Source of the DNA: Patescibacteria group bacterium
Lineage (GTDB): Bacteria; Patescibacteriota; Patescibacteriia; Buchananbacterales; UBA6539
Direction: 5' to 3'
NCBI GenBank assembly: GCA_041649675.1
Contig: JBAZMQ010000006.1
Coordinates: 7,003-71,002, forward strand
Length of the DNA stretch: 64,000 bases
A program made the translations under genes and the position numbers. Below are positions 51,591 through 60,333 of the stretch, one piece after another (the stretch's first letter is position 1; every line of letters begins with the position of its first letter). Under the pieces are notes generated by a model. The model worked only from the letters and a program-made list of their open reading frames with translations, was not told where the DNA came from and searched no databases.

Positions 51591-52193
51591 TTATTTTTTG
51601 CCTAAAATCTTCAATGCTTCGCGAATACACGTACTAGCATCATTACTCTTTTTATCAATCTGACTAATTACTTGCTTGGCTTCGGCAGCTGAATAACCAA
51701 AGCCCACCAAGGCATCAAAGATATCAGTATCCAAACTGACCTCATTTTTCTCACCAGCAATTTTTGGCCGCACAGTTAAACTTTGAACTTTATCTTTTAA
51801 ACCAAGAACTATTTTTTCCGCTGTCTTGGAAGTTAAGCCTGACATTTTAGTTAAGAGAGTCGGATTATTTTCCAAAATCGCTTGCTGAACTTCAGCCATA
51901 GTGGTTTTTTCCAAAATCGCCATGGCCGATTTGGGGCCGATTTGGGGCACGTCCAAAAGCAACGTAAAAAAAGTTTTGTCCGCTGGATTTAAAAAACCAT
52001 ATAAATCCATGGCATTTTCCGAAACGGCCAAATAAGTATAAACCGTTATTTTTTCGCCTTCTTTTACTTTTTTCAAATTACTGGCGGGGCTATAAACTTT
52101 GTAGCCCACGCCAGAAACATCAACAATAAAATAAGCGTCTTTGCGCAGCTCGGAAGTCTTGTAGCTAATTGTACCAGCAAGAGAGGCAATCAT
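51591..52193 (-). CDS. ruvA: Holliday junction branch-migration protein RuvA
   Basis: N-terminal OB. Two HhH domains. A C-terminal RuvB-binding domain. Confidence 0.85.
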   Translation of the reverse strand: MIASLAGTISYKTSELRKDAYFIVDVSGVGYKVYSPASNLKKVKEGEKITVYTYLAVSENAMDLYGFLNPADKTFFTLLLDVPQIGPKSAMAILEKTTMAEVQQAILENNPTLLTKMSGLTSKTAEKIVLGLKDKVQSLTVRPKIAGEKNEVSLDTDIFDALVGFGYSAAEAKQVISQIDKKSNDASTCIREALKILGKK

Positions 52194-52207
52194 TGAACAG
52201 AATAATG

Positions 52208-52290
52208 AATAGTGAATTAAGAATTATGAATTACGAATGATTTAGAGACCTTAATTCCTAATTCTTAATTCCTAATTCTTAATTACATTT
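52208..52290. repeat. AT-rich inverted repeat, second locus (GAATTAAGAATTATGAATTACGAAT ... TTAATTCCTAATTCTTAATTCCTAATTCTTAATTAC)
   Basis: Same word family as 51517-51590. Confidence 0.6.
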
Positions 52291-52421
52291 TACCGCAAAA
52301 ATCTAACTTTTACCAATATTTTTAAATTGACAAAAACTCCTTATTTAGCTAAGATTTTAAAGATCTGAAAAATCGTGCAACCTACAACTAAAACAAAGTT
52401 ATCACATTGGAGGAAGAGTCT

Positions 52422-53759
52422 ATGAAAGTAATTGTTGTAATTTTTGGAGCAAGTAGCGGATTGACTGTTGGCTATTTCGCCGGTGGCAAGTTCTGTGTGC
52501 TGGTTAAAGCCAAAATACCTTTCAGGCAAGATGCAAATGGCATCAAGTATTGGCCGTTAGCTTGGTTGAAAAAACAATTGGCAGCGGTGATGGAATATGC
52601 CCAGCCCGGCGACATTGTTGCCCCGGCTACTTGGGGCGCTGATTATGCCGCCTTTGCTGACGACAGTGCAGTCTTTGGCGGAATGAATCTTGGCTGGGCC
52701 AAGTTCTATGCTTCGGTGCCTGAGCATTACTTGAAACAAGTAACGGATATTATTCCCGCAGAAGAACTTTATTTGAGAACTGGCGGCGCCAACGTAGACT
52801 GGTTTCAGATGTACAGCCAGCTAAAATGCGACCTGGGCTTGCAGGCCAATGTGCTGTTGGCTAAAACCACCACCGGATTGATCCCGATGGCCGATGTCAT
52901 CACCTACCTTTTGACCGGCCAAAAAGGTCATGACCAAACGATGTTAAAAAGCTATGGCTTAACTGAGCCTGGCTGGCGGAAAATTTATCTCCAACTCTTT
53001 GGGTCAGAAATTGCAAACAAAATTGCGCCCTGGCCAGTGTTCCCTGAAAATCAACTGCTGACCAGACCAAACGGCGTAAGAGTCTGCCCAACAACTCACG
53101 ACTCAGTCCCTTCCCGGAGAGTTGGTTTTACCCTTTGCCCCTGGGACTTATGGACCGGAACTTGGGGCGGCGATGCCTTAGATCTAACCGCATTCCCTAA
53201 CGTGACTCCGTCAAAAAAATCATTTGGCGCCAACGTTGCCTTTGAAGGTATTGGTAATTCAGCCGCGGCAATCACCAACTTCGGCATGTTTGGAACCATC
53301 TGGGATGCCATCAAGACAGAAGGCGGTTGGCCAAGTTATGATGCAATAGCTCAATCAGCGCTGGAATTTTTAGGCGCTTCAGAGATTAGCATGATAATGG
53401 GAAATAATCCCACGCCAAACCTGACCCGTATGATGGAGCATCTGGAAAAAACATTTAGCGCCGGTAACTGGCCGCTAAAAGCCGCCTATTTCATCACAGT
53501 CGTTGCCCAAATCTGCAAGAATGGGTTGGAGGGCACTGCCAAACTTTTTGACCTGCCAAAGCCGGTTTCAGTTGCCGTCACTGGCGGCTGGACGGAAAAC
53601 GAGGCATTCCTTGCTCAGCTTGAAAATCTGGGCATAGCGCCGCTCATTCCACCTTTGGCTACCGAAGCAACCCATGCCGGAGTAGCGGCTCAAGCGTTGG
53701 TTATGGCTGATGAAGCCAACACTTTTGCCGAAGCGCTGGAATTGCTAGCCAGCATGTAA
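52422..53759 (+). CDS. FGGY-family carbohydrate kinase (rhamnulokinase-like)
   Basis: N-terminal GASSG ASKHA phosphate-1 motif and a C-terminal VTGGW...A actin-fold motif. GC-rich. RBS GGAGGAAG before the ATG at 52422. Confidence 0.6.
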   Translation: MKVIVVIFGASSGLTVGYFAGGKFCVLVKAKIPFRQDANGIKYWPLAWLKKQLAAVMEYAQPGDIVAPATWGADYAAFADDSAVFGGMNLGWAKFYASVPEHYLKQVTDIIPAEELYLRTGGANVDWFQMYSQLKCDLGLQANVLLAKTTTGLIPMADVITYLLTGQKGHDQTMLKSYGLTEPGWRKIYLQLFGSEIANKIAPWPVFPENQLLTRPNGVRVCPTTHDSVPSRRVGFTLCPWDLWTGTWGGDALDLTAFPNVTPSKKSFGANVAFEGIGNSAAAITNFGMFGTIWDAIKTEGGWPSYDAIAQSALEFLGASEISMIMGNNPTPNLTRMMEHLEKTFSAGNWPLKAAYFITVVAQICKNGLEGTAKLFDLPKPVSVAVTGGWTENEAFLAQLENLGIAPLIPPLATEATHAGVAAQALVMADEANTFAEALELLASM

Positions 53760-53828
53760 TTGTTATTTGTATCCTACTGCTAAACCCGGTAGGATTTTTT
53801 TATTACAAATTAACTTTTATCTATTTCT

Positions 53829-53888
53829 AAATTCTTGGCACCGCGCCAGGAAAGTTCATAAATTTGTTTCATAACCTGCATGCCGGGC
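53829..53888 (-). pseudogene. duplicated 3' fragment of the paralogous TrmB-family gene (encodes MKQIYELSWRGAKNLEIDKS)
   Basis: About 38 nt nearly identical to the 3' end of CDS 55392..56138. Confidence 0.5.
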
Positions 53889-54685
53889 TAGTGACCTTGG
53901 TTTAAATTATTGTTACTAATTTTTTTAGTTTTAGAGTAATTCCAAAAAAACTCAAACAGTGACTTTAACATCTCGGCGAACTCCTGACTTTCAATAATGA
54001 AACCAACATTTTCTTTACGGGATGAAATAAACGCCACCTTATTTCCATAAATCATAAAACCCATTGAGAAATTTATTTCTTTGGGAAGAAATCTAACTTC
54101 TCTTTTAAATTGAGGGCTGGATTCCATGTAGGGAAAATCCCTGAGATCAATTTTTTGTTTTATTGGCCAAAGCGCTCTAACGGAAACATTTTTTTCAACT
54201 CTTTTTTTCTGAGTGTATTCAAAAAATTCAGAAGTTAATATTTCTATCATTGGTTTTGGCGGCCAAAAAGTAACAAATTCACCTGCACTATAAACGATAA
54301 CATCTCGCATTATATTCTTAAGCGCGTCTTTGCCTTCATACATTTGAAATTTCGGACTGATGAATTTTGAAATAATATTTTTTTCCAACATTGGAATCAT
54401 AGCCTGATAATTCTTTTGGCTCTGAGTTATATTGTCAATCATTTGTTGAAAAATAAAATCGACCTTCTTGGGCGGTTGAGCTTGAAATATTTTGACGCTA
54501 AGATTGGATGATTGTGTGACCAAGCCCTTTTCCTGCAATCTTTTAAGAAAGCCATATAGTGACGGGCGGGGCTTTCCGATTTTTTTTGCCAGCTTACCAA
54601 CAGAAATTGGACCAAATTCTAAAAGAGCCAGATATGTTTCTGCTTCCTCTTTTCCAATCCCTAATGAATTAAATATATTTTCCAT
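53888..54685 (-). CDS. TrmB-family sugar-responsive transcriptional regulator, paralog 1
   Basis: N-terminal wHTH (ETYLALLEFGPISVGKLAKK...LKRLQEKGLV) and a C-terminal sensor domain. Confidence 0.7.
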   Translation of the reverse strand: MENIFNSLGIGKEEAETYLALLEFGPISVGKLAKKIGKPRPSLYGFLKRLQEKGLVTQSSNLSVKIFQAQPPKKVDFIFQQMIDNITQSQKNYQAMIPMLEKNIISKFISPKFQMYEGKDALKNIMRDVIVYSAGEFVTFWPPKPMIEILTSEFFEYTQKKRVEKNVSVRALWPIKQKIDLRDFPYMESSPQFKREVRFLPKEINFSMGFMIYGNKVAFISSRKENVGFIIESQEFAEMLKSLFEFFWNYSKTKKISNNNLNQGH

Positions 54686-54888
54686 TTGACTGACTGTTGT
54701 CGCGGTACCACAACACTATTGTTTATTAAATTATATCGTAATAATATAACTAAATTGGGGATTATGTCAATATTGTTGTTTAAATGCAACAGTAATTATA
54801 TTGACTATCTTCTTATGAACTTTATCACAAAAGAATAATGAATTTGCGGAGAAATGTCCTATTTATCTAAATGTTAAAAGGAGAAAAC

Positions 54889-55308
54889 ATGAATACGATA
54901 GAACCGAAACCGATCAGAACCCTAGTCTTAAAAGCCCATGAAATTTTTGTGGCTTCAGAGAGATTTATTGTCGGCGATAGTGAAGGACTTCGCATCTCTG
55001 AAATCACGGATTTATGGCGCCAGGTTTACATGAAGGTAATTGAGAGGAATATACCCGAAAAAACCGCGGAAGTATATCCAAATGGTTGCAAAAAGAAAGA
55101 TACGGGAATCAATTTAGCTCATGTGTATGATGTTCTTCTTGCTCAGGGTCATGGCCAAGACGGTTTACTAGAAATTGATGGCACCCGGCGGCCGTGTCAT
55201 GTCACCGGAGTTAACAATTTTATGCTCATTGTCAGCTGGGAAAATGATGGCTGGAAGCTGGATGCCAGGGCAGTAGTATCTGTTTTGGAAATTTTTATGT
55301 CTCGATAA
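54889..55308 (+). CDS. hypothetical protein (139 aa)
   Basis: RBS AAAAGGAG lies 5 nt before the ATG at 54889. No family recognised. Confidence 0.45.
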   Translation: MNTIEPKPIRTLVLKAHEIFVASERFIVGDSEGLRISEITDLWRQVYMKVIERNIPEKTAEVYPNGCKKKDTGINLAHVYDVLLAQGHGQDGLLEIDGTRRPCHVTGVNNFMLIVSWENDGWKLDARAVVSVLEIFMSR

Positions 55309-55355
55309 CATATCTTTACCGTCCATCACACCTAGCGCTTAATTTCGAGATTCAC

Positions 55356-55394
55356 GGGACGAAATTGATTTCCATTGATTTCGCCCTTTTTTTA
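55356..55394 (+). terminator. terminator hairpin GGGACGAAA-loop-TTTCGCCC + T8
   Basis: Read from the sequence. Same stem family as 57147 and 59568. Confidence 0.65.
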
Positions 55395-56138
55395 TTTTAT
55401 TTCCATTGTTTTGGCGCCGCGCCAGGAAAGTTCATAAATTTGTTTCATGGCTTGGGCAATCGCTTTACTTTCAATAATGACAGACATACTTTCGGCATAA
55501 TTCATGAAGGCAATTTTATTATTATAGATATTAACTTCAATTTGGGAAGACAACATTTCTTTGGGCACAATAATGGTTTGTGAAAGTTCAGCTTCATCCT
55601 TTTTTTTATGGCGAGTTTCCCAAAACGAACCTTTTTCGGCAATACGCTTGGCGTGAATATTTAAAGCCACGCGTTTTCCCAAATAAACATAATCTTTATC
55701 CACATAAGGATTTGCAAAATAAGCATTGGTATTCCATTCCAAAATTTCCGGCGGCCTTTCAGCCAAGGTATCATCATAAACTTTTTGGATAGCATAGTCA
55801 CCTTCATAAAATAAAATTTTTGGTTTGATTTCACTCTTATTATAAACCGCTTCCAGCTGGGGCAGGGCTTTTTTTAGTTTGGCCTGGAGTTCGCTTAATA
55901 AATACAAAAGTTTATCCGGGCTTTCAGCCAAAAATCGGCTCTTGCCTTTGACTTTGGTTTTAGCCACCACGCCGCGACTAACCAAAGCGCTTAAAACAGA
56001 ATAAGTGGTAGTGCGCTGCAGTCCGGCTTTTTGGGCAATATTTTGAGCCGAGGCTAAACCCGATTCCAAGGCGGCTAAATAGACTTTAGATTCATTTTGA
56101 GAAAAGCCTAATTGGCTTAATAAACGGTCAAATTGCAT
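55392..56138 (-). CDS. TrmB-family transcriptional regulator, paralog 2
   Basis: N-terminal wHTH (ESKVYLAALESGLASAQNIAQKAG...LSALVSRGVV). Similar C-terminal domain. Confidence 0.7.
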   Translation of the reverse strand: MQFDRLLSQLGFSQNESKVYLAALESGLASAQNIAQKAGLQRTTTYSVLSALVSRGVVAKTKVKGKSRFLAESPDKLLYLLSELQAKLKKALPQLEAVYNKSEIKPKILFYEGDYAIQKVYDDTLAERPPEILEWNTNAYFANPYVDKDYVYLGKRVALNIHAKRIAEKGSFWETRHKKKDEAELSQTIIVPKEMLSSQIEVNIYNNKIAFMNYAESMSVIIESKAIAQAMKQIYELSWRGAKTMEIK

Positions 56139-56160
56139 AGTTTTATGAAGTCATTGTTTT

Positions 56161-56255
56161 GAATTCCCTCTCCGAAAACGGAGAGGGTTAGGGTGAGGTT
56201 ACGAAGTCAGTTACCTCATCCCTAGCCCTTCTCCCAAATGGGAGAAGGGAATTCT
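56161..56255. repeat. GC-rich palindrome cluster (CCCTCTCC family), locus C, bounded by GAATTCCC / GGGAATTC
   Basis: CCCTCTCC-GAAAAC-GGAGAGGG. GGGTGAGGT ... ACCTCATCCC. CCCTTCTCCC-AAAT-GGGAGAAGGG. Confidence 0.75.
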
Positions 56256-56376
56256 AAAAACATCTTTTTTAAAGAAGTGACGAAAAAACTTTAGTCATTT
56301 GTGATTAATTATTTAGCTTGTTTAATAGATTAATTGTAGCATATCTAAAGTTGTTCGTCAATACTGACGAAAATGA

Positions 56377-56405
56377 TTGACATTTTAGCGATTTTTTCTT
56401 ATAAT
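56377..56405 (+). promoter_or_regulatory. consensus sigma70 promoter TTGACA-17-TATAAT
   Basis: Perfect hexamers at 56377-56382 and 56400-56405. Followed by repeated TTGACGAAAA / TTTGACAGC words before the ATG at 56484. Confidence 0.6.
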
Positions 56406-56483
56406 AACCAGTCAAGATGTTCTTGACGAAAAAAACGTTCTTTGACAGCTCAAAAAGCTGTTAACTACTAGAAAGGAACTACG

Positions 56484-57113
56484 ATGAAAAAGATGCATAT
56501 GGCAGTGGAATGGGCGAGGAAATACAGTTGGTTTGCCATGGTATTTCTTTTCAAAAGAATTACTGTTGATGGTGTGGTAGTCTATTTGGGACTTGAACCG
56601 CCAACCTGGACTGACAGTCGAACTTTCCATGTCGGGCGGTTTAATCGGACACGAATTTTTTGTGGCAATGTGTCTCATTACATCAGTTGGCTGATTAGCT
56701 GGTTTCGTTTTAGACAAGAAATTTATCCGCGCTACCCCCGTCATCGAATTGAAATCAAGCTCCTCCAAGAAAAAAAAGCCGACGTTTCATTCCGCTTTTT
56801 TCGGGAAGATCATGCCCAAACATTGATCGTTTTGGATTCACAGTATACTTTGGTTTATTTACGGGGCGAAGGAAAAAAGTATATTGATCGCCCCTGGGCG
56901 ATCGCCAAAGCAAAAGATGAAAAAATGACCTGGGCGGCTGAACTGGACGCTTTTCAAGCCTGGCTGGAAAAAGAAGCCACCGAACTACTTGAAAAAGAAA
57001 AAAACGGCTCTCGGCTTGACTTTGGCTTTTATCAAGCTCAAGTCATCCACAAAAAAGCCGCACAACTTTTAAAAATACCGGCAGAAGTTCTGAATTTTCC
57101 AAAAGATTACTAA
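56484..57113 (+). CDS. hypothetical aromatic-rich protein (209 aa)
   Basis: RBS AAAGGA. No family recognised. First gene of the radical-SAM island. Confidence 0.5.
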   Translation: MKKMHMAVEWARKYSWFAMVFLFKRITVDGVVVYLGLEPPTWTDSRTFHVGRFNRTRIFCGNVSHYISWLISWFRFRQEIYPRYPRHRIEIKLLQEKKADVSFRFFREDHAQTLIVLDSQYTLVYLRGEGKKYIDRPWAIAKAKDEKMTWAAELDAFQAWLEKEATELLEKEKNGSRLDFGFYQAQVIHKKAAQLLKIPAEVLNFPKDY

Positions 57114-57146
57114 TCAGTCACGGCCACAAGGCAATGGCTCAATTCT

Positions 57147-57199
57147 GGGGCGAAATCAAAAGGCCAAACCTTGCGATTTCGCCCTCTTTTCCCCGGCTT
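57147..57199 (+). terminator. hairpin GGGGCGAAATC-loop-GATTTCGCCC + TCTTTTCCCCGGCTT
   Basis: The sequence ATTTCGCCCTCTTTTCCCCGGCTT is repeated at 59589-59612. Confidence 0.55.
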
Positions 57200-57295
57200 G
57201 GAGATGGTCTCAAAGTCGGAGAGAAAATAATGTTCTTTAAAATAAACAAACCAGAATAACTCAAGTTATTCTGGCAAGCCTCGGAAAGGAAAGTC

Positions 57296-58426
57296 ATGAA
57301 AACGATACGTGATTATATTATCGCTGATTCGGTATTAGGCACCGTTATTTCCGGCTCAGGCATAAAACAAAGCGAGTGCCAGGTGGCAAAAAAATTGAAA
57401 TATTACTCATCCGATTCAACCACGGCGAAAATCATCAAGCATAACCGGCAGTGGGCTGAAACTGGTGTCGGTTCGCCCCGATTCCAGTTTATTTATCTGA
57501 TGGTGCCATGCGGCTGCAATCAGAAATGCCGCGGCTGTTTCATGGGTCAAGACAAGAGTCGCCTGCCCCAAGAACTCGATGGGCCATTTTATGCCGACAA
57601 AGAACTCGCTGACATCTGCAGTTTTGCCAAAAAGCATGGAGCGCTGGCGGCTGTTCACGCCGGTGGCGGTGAATTATTCACCTGGTCTGGTGCACTTGAC
57701 TATATCAAATTCATCAAACGCCAAGGTTTATCAATGATGATTTTCACCAACGGCACGCTGATTGACCGGGCCATGATGCGCCGGCTAAACGAGTTGGAAG
57801 TGGCTCTGACGATATCAATGCGCGACCCGGCCGAAAAATGGCATAACGAAATCGTCGGGACCGGCGGTTTCAAAGCTAGTTTAAACGCCATTGAACTGGC
57901 CATGACTGAAGGTTTGCATCTGGATAACCGGTTATGCGTGGAAATGCCGGTGACGATTAATAACGAAGACCGGGTGATTAATGACCTGCTGCCAGTTTTG
58001 CGAGCGCTAGGCGTGGTGCCGATGATTGAGGAATATATCTTGACCAAAACTTCAGCCGAAGAAAACCAGTGCAGTCACTCTTTCACCCAGGCCCGTGAAT
58101 TTTTCCGCCGCTTGGCGCGAAAAGACGCCGAACTGGGAATAAACTGGTGGCCAGAATTCGGCCAGCGCATGATCGTCGAACCAAAATGCCAGCGGCCGTT
58201 GTTCTCATTTACGGTTTTTCCAAACGGCGAGGTGGTGGATTGTCCCACCAACATCGTTTCTTACGGCAATTTCCGTAAATTACCTCTGCCAGAGATTATT
58301 TATTCGGACCTTTTCCGAAAGACTCTGGCCAATTATCAACTGTGTCCCTGCTCAAAATTTTACACCGATGGCGACGCCGACATTCCAGTTGGATTGCCTG
58401 ACTATCTTAAGGAGAAATATGAATGA
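57296..58426 (+). CDS. radical SAM / SPASM-domain protein 1
   Basis: CNQKCRGC (CxxxCxxC) and a C-terminal Cys-rich SPASM-like region. GC-rich. Confidence 0.8.
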   Translation: MKTIRDYIIADSVLGTVISGSGIKQSECQVAKKLKYYSSDSTTAKIIKHNRQWAETGVGSPRFQFIYLMVPCGCNQKCRGCFMGQDKSRLPQELDGPFYADKELADICSFAKKHGALAAVHAGGGELFTWSGALDYIKFIKRQGLSMMIFTNGTLIDRAMMRRLNELEVALTISMRDPAEKWHNEIVGTGGFKASLNAIELAMTEGLHLDNRLCVEMPVTINNEDRVINDLLPVLRALGVVPMIEEYILTKTSAEENQCSHSFTQAREFFRRLARKDAELGINWWPEFGQRMIVEPKCQRPLFSFTVFPNGEVVDCPTNIVSYGNFRKLPLPEIIYSDLFRKTLANYQLCPCSKFYTDGDADIPVGLPDYLKEKYE

Positions 58427-59562
58427 GACCAAACATCGCGATTGAAAAAAATCTGGCCGATGAAAACGTTGTCCAATACTGGGGTTTTTTCACGCCAGAA
58501 GAAATTTCGGCGGCTGCTAAATCCGGCGAAATCTTGATGTTAGATATTGATTTTGGCCGCCAGTGTTCGCTGAGTTGTCCCGGCTGTTTTCGCCGCAAAA
58601 ATCTTGTTGACCTGGCTGGACAGACCGACCTGTCATACGAAAAGCTGCTTGCCGTTTTAGCCGAAGCGGCTGCTAATGGCCTAAAATCAGTTAAAATCTG
58701 CGGTGCCGGCGAACCATTCGAAAATCCGCGACTACTGGAGCTGGCCAAAGATTTAACATCTATGAATGTCGGCCTGGCGATTTTTACCAAAGGTCACGTT
58801 ATCGGCGATGATATCTGGACTAAAAAAATTTTCGGCCAGCAAGGCATTACCGACGGTCTGACTTTATGCCAAAAACTGTTTGAGTTAAAAACTTCAGTGA
58901 TGCTGTATTATCCCACCCTATCTAACAATGAACTGTTTTCCCGGCTGGTTGGTGATCGGACAAGTAGACACCCCCAGCGCGCCTGCCTGGCGGCTGAACG
59001 ATTGGCTTTAGCTGGATTTAATAAAACGCGACCGACACGTCTGATGTTGGTTCATACCCCTGTCACTAAAGATAGTGTTGGTGGGGCTCTCGCCGTCTAT
59101 AAATTCGCCCGCCAGAGAAATATTCTACCGCTGATTGCGTTTTATATGGTTAGCGGCACGCAGATTACCAAAGAGTTTCTTGAACGCTATGATCCGTCCG
59201 ATAAACAAAAACTGGAACTTTTTTGGCAGGTATATCGGTACAATCTGGATCACGGCATCCAGTCTCCAGAGCAGCTTGTTGCCGAAGGCATTTCCTGTAT
59301 GCCCGGTATTCACCCTTGCAACCAAATCGCCGTCGGGATGTATCTGACAGCCAACGGCAACGTCATTCGCTGTCCTGGCGACTGCGCTGGAGTACTGGGC
59401 AATGTCCAACAGGAAAGCCTTATAGCCATCTGGCAGCGTGTCCGGCAGTGGCCGTTTGCCGGACGGTCCAACTGCGGCTGTCCCTATAAAGACGGCCGGA
59501 CGGTGCCCCTTGAAATTTATAGACCAGATTTCTTTCATAAAATTCTGGATCCAAATAAATAA
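58423..59562 (+). CDS. radical SAM / SPASM-domain protein 2
   Basis: CSLSCPGC (CxxxCxxC) and a C-terminal Cys cluster (CPGDC...CGCPYKDGR). Overlaps the upstream gene by 4 nt. Confidence 0.8.
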   Translation: MRPNIAIEKNLADENVVQYWGFFTPEEISAAAKSGEILMLDIDFGRQCSLSCPGCFRRKNLVDLAGQTDLSYEKLLAVLAEAAANGLKSVKICGAGEPFENPRLLELAKDLTSMNVGLAIFTKGHVIGDDIWTKKIFGQQGITDGLTLCQKLFELKTSVMLYYPTLSNNELFSRLVGDRTSRHPQRACLAAERLALAGFNKTRPTRLMLVHTPVTKDSVGGALAVYKFARQRNILPLIAFYMVSGTQITKEFLERYDPSDKQKLELFWQVYRYNLDHGIQSPEQLVAEGISCMPGIHPCNQIAVGMYLTANGNVIRCPGDCAGVLGNVQQESLIAIWQRVRQWPFAGRSNCGCPYKDGRTVPLEIYRPDFFHKILDPNK

Positions 59563-59567
59563 GTTTT

Positions 59568-59612
59568 GGGCGAAACTGATTTAATTACATTTCGCCCTCT
59601 TTTCCCCGGCTT
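59568..59612 (+). terminator. hairpin GGGCGAAA-loop-TTTCGCCC + TCTTTTCCCCGGCTT
   Basis: Paralogous to 57147..57199. Confidence 0.55.
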
Positions 59613-59691
59613 TAAAAAAATGTTAAAGTTAAAGCCAGAGAAAAGAACTTCATAATATCTTTAAGCTACTAATTTAATCTAAAAAAAATTT

Positions 59692-60024
59692 ATGATCACC
59701 ATTCAAGATTTTCAAAAAGTTGACATTCGCGTGGGCAAAGTAATTGACGTTCAAGATTTTCCCCAAGCCAAAAAACCGGCTTACAAACTAACCATTGATT
59801 TTGGTCCAGAAATTGGCATTAAAAAATCAAGCGTCCAGTTGCCACAAAATTATTCCAAAGAAGAGCTGCTCAATAAGCAGGTTTTAGGCGTGGTTAATTT
59901 TGCACCCAGGCAAATCGGACCTTTCATTTCCGAGGTTTTAACTTTAGGCGTGCCCGACGGTCAAGGCAATTGTTTTCTAATCACGCCGGACAAACAGGTA
60001 CCTTTGGGCGGACAGCTTTACTAA
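59692..60024 (+). CDS. csaA: tRNA-binding protein CsaA/Trbp111 family (EMAP-like domain)
   Basis: IRVGKVIDVQDFPQAKKPAYKLTIDFG OB-fold tRNA-binding signature. Confidence 0.75.
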   Translation: MITIQDFQKVDIRVGKVIDVQDFPQAKKPAYKLTIDFGPEIGIKKSSVQLPQNYSKEELLNKQVLGVVNFAPRQIGPFISEVLTLGVPDGQGNCFLITPDKQVPLGGQLY

Positions 60025-60285
60025 TTTATGCAACTGTTGGTTTTATTATTTTTTCACGCCAACTAAATTTTTTATTATCCAAAAGATTGACAAAAATGAA
60101 ATAATCCTTTAAAGTCTTGGGTATGGAAAAGGGTTGCCGTTAAGCCAAAGCCTTCCGATCACCCGGATTGGCCTTTAGCACTCCCGGAGGGATAAGGCAA
60201 AATAATAGCAATTTCCGCCCTTTTCTTGGGCAGGCATTAACAAATTCTAGTTGAGTTTGATGCCTGCCCCCCATTTCTACATACC

Positions 60286-60312
60286 AAAACCGAGGCAAAT
60301 GGGCCTCGGCTT
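60286..60312. terminator. bidirectional terminator ACCGAGGC-AAATGGG-CCTCGGCTTTATTATTT
   Basis: Serves the minus-strand nif3 gene and the + strand candidate RNA. Confidence 0.6.
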
Positions 60313-60333
60313 TATTATTTAATTTTGGTTTGT

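Noticed and set aside
54700-54725. CGCGGTACCAC resembling the T-box core in the TrmB intergenic region
   Set aside because: It lacks the AGGGTGG context and any leader structure. A chance match.
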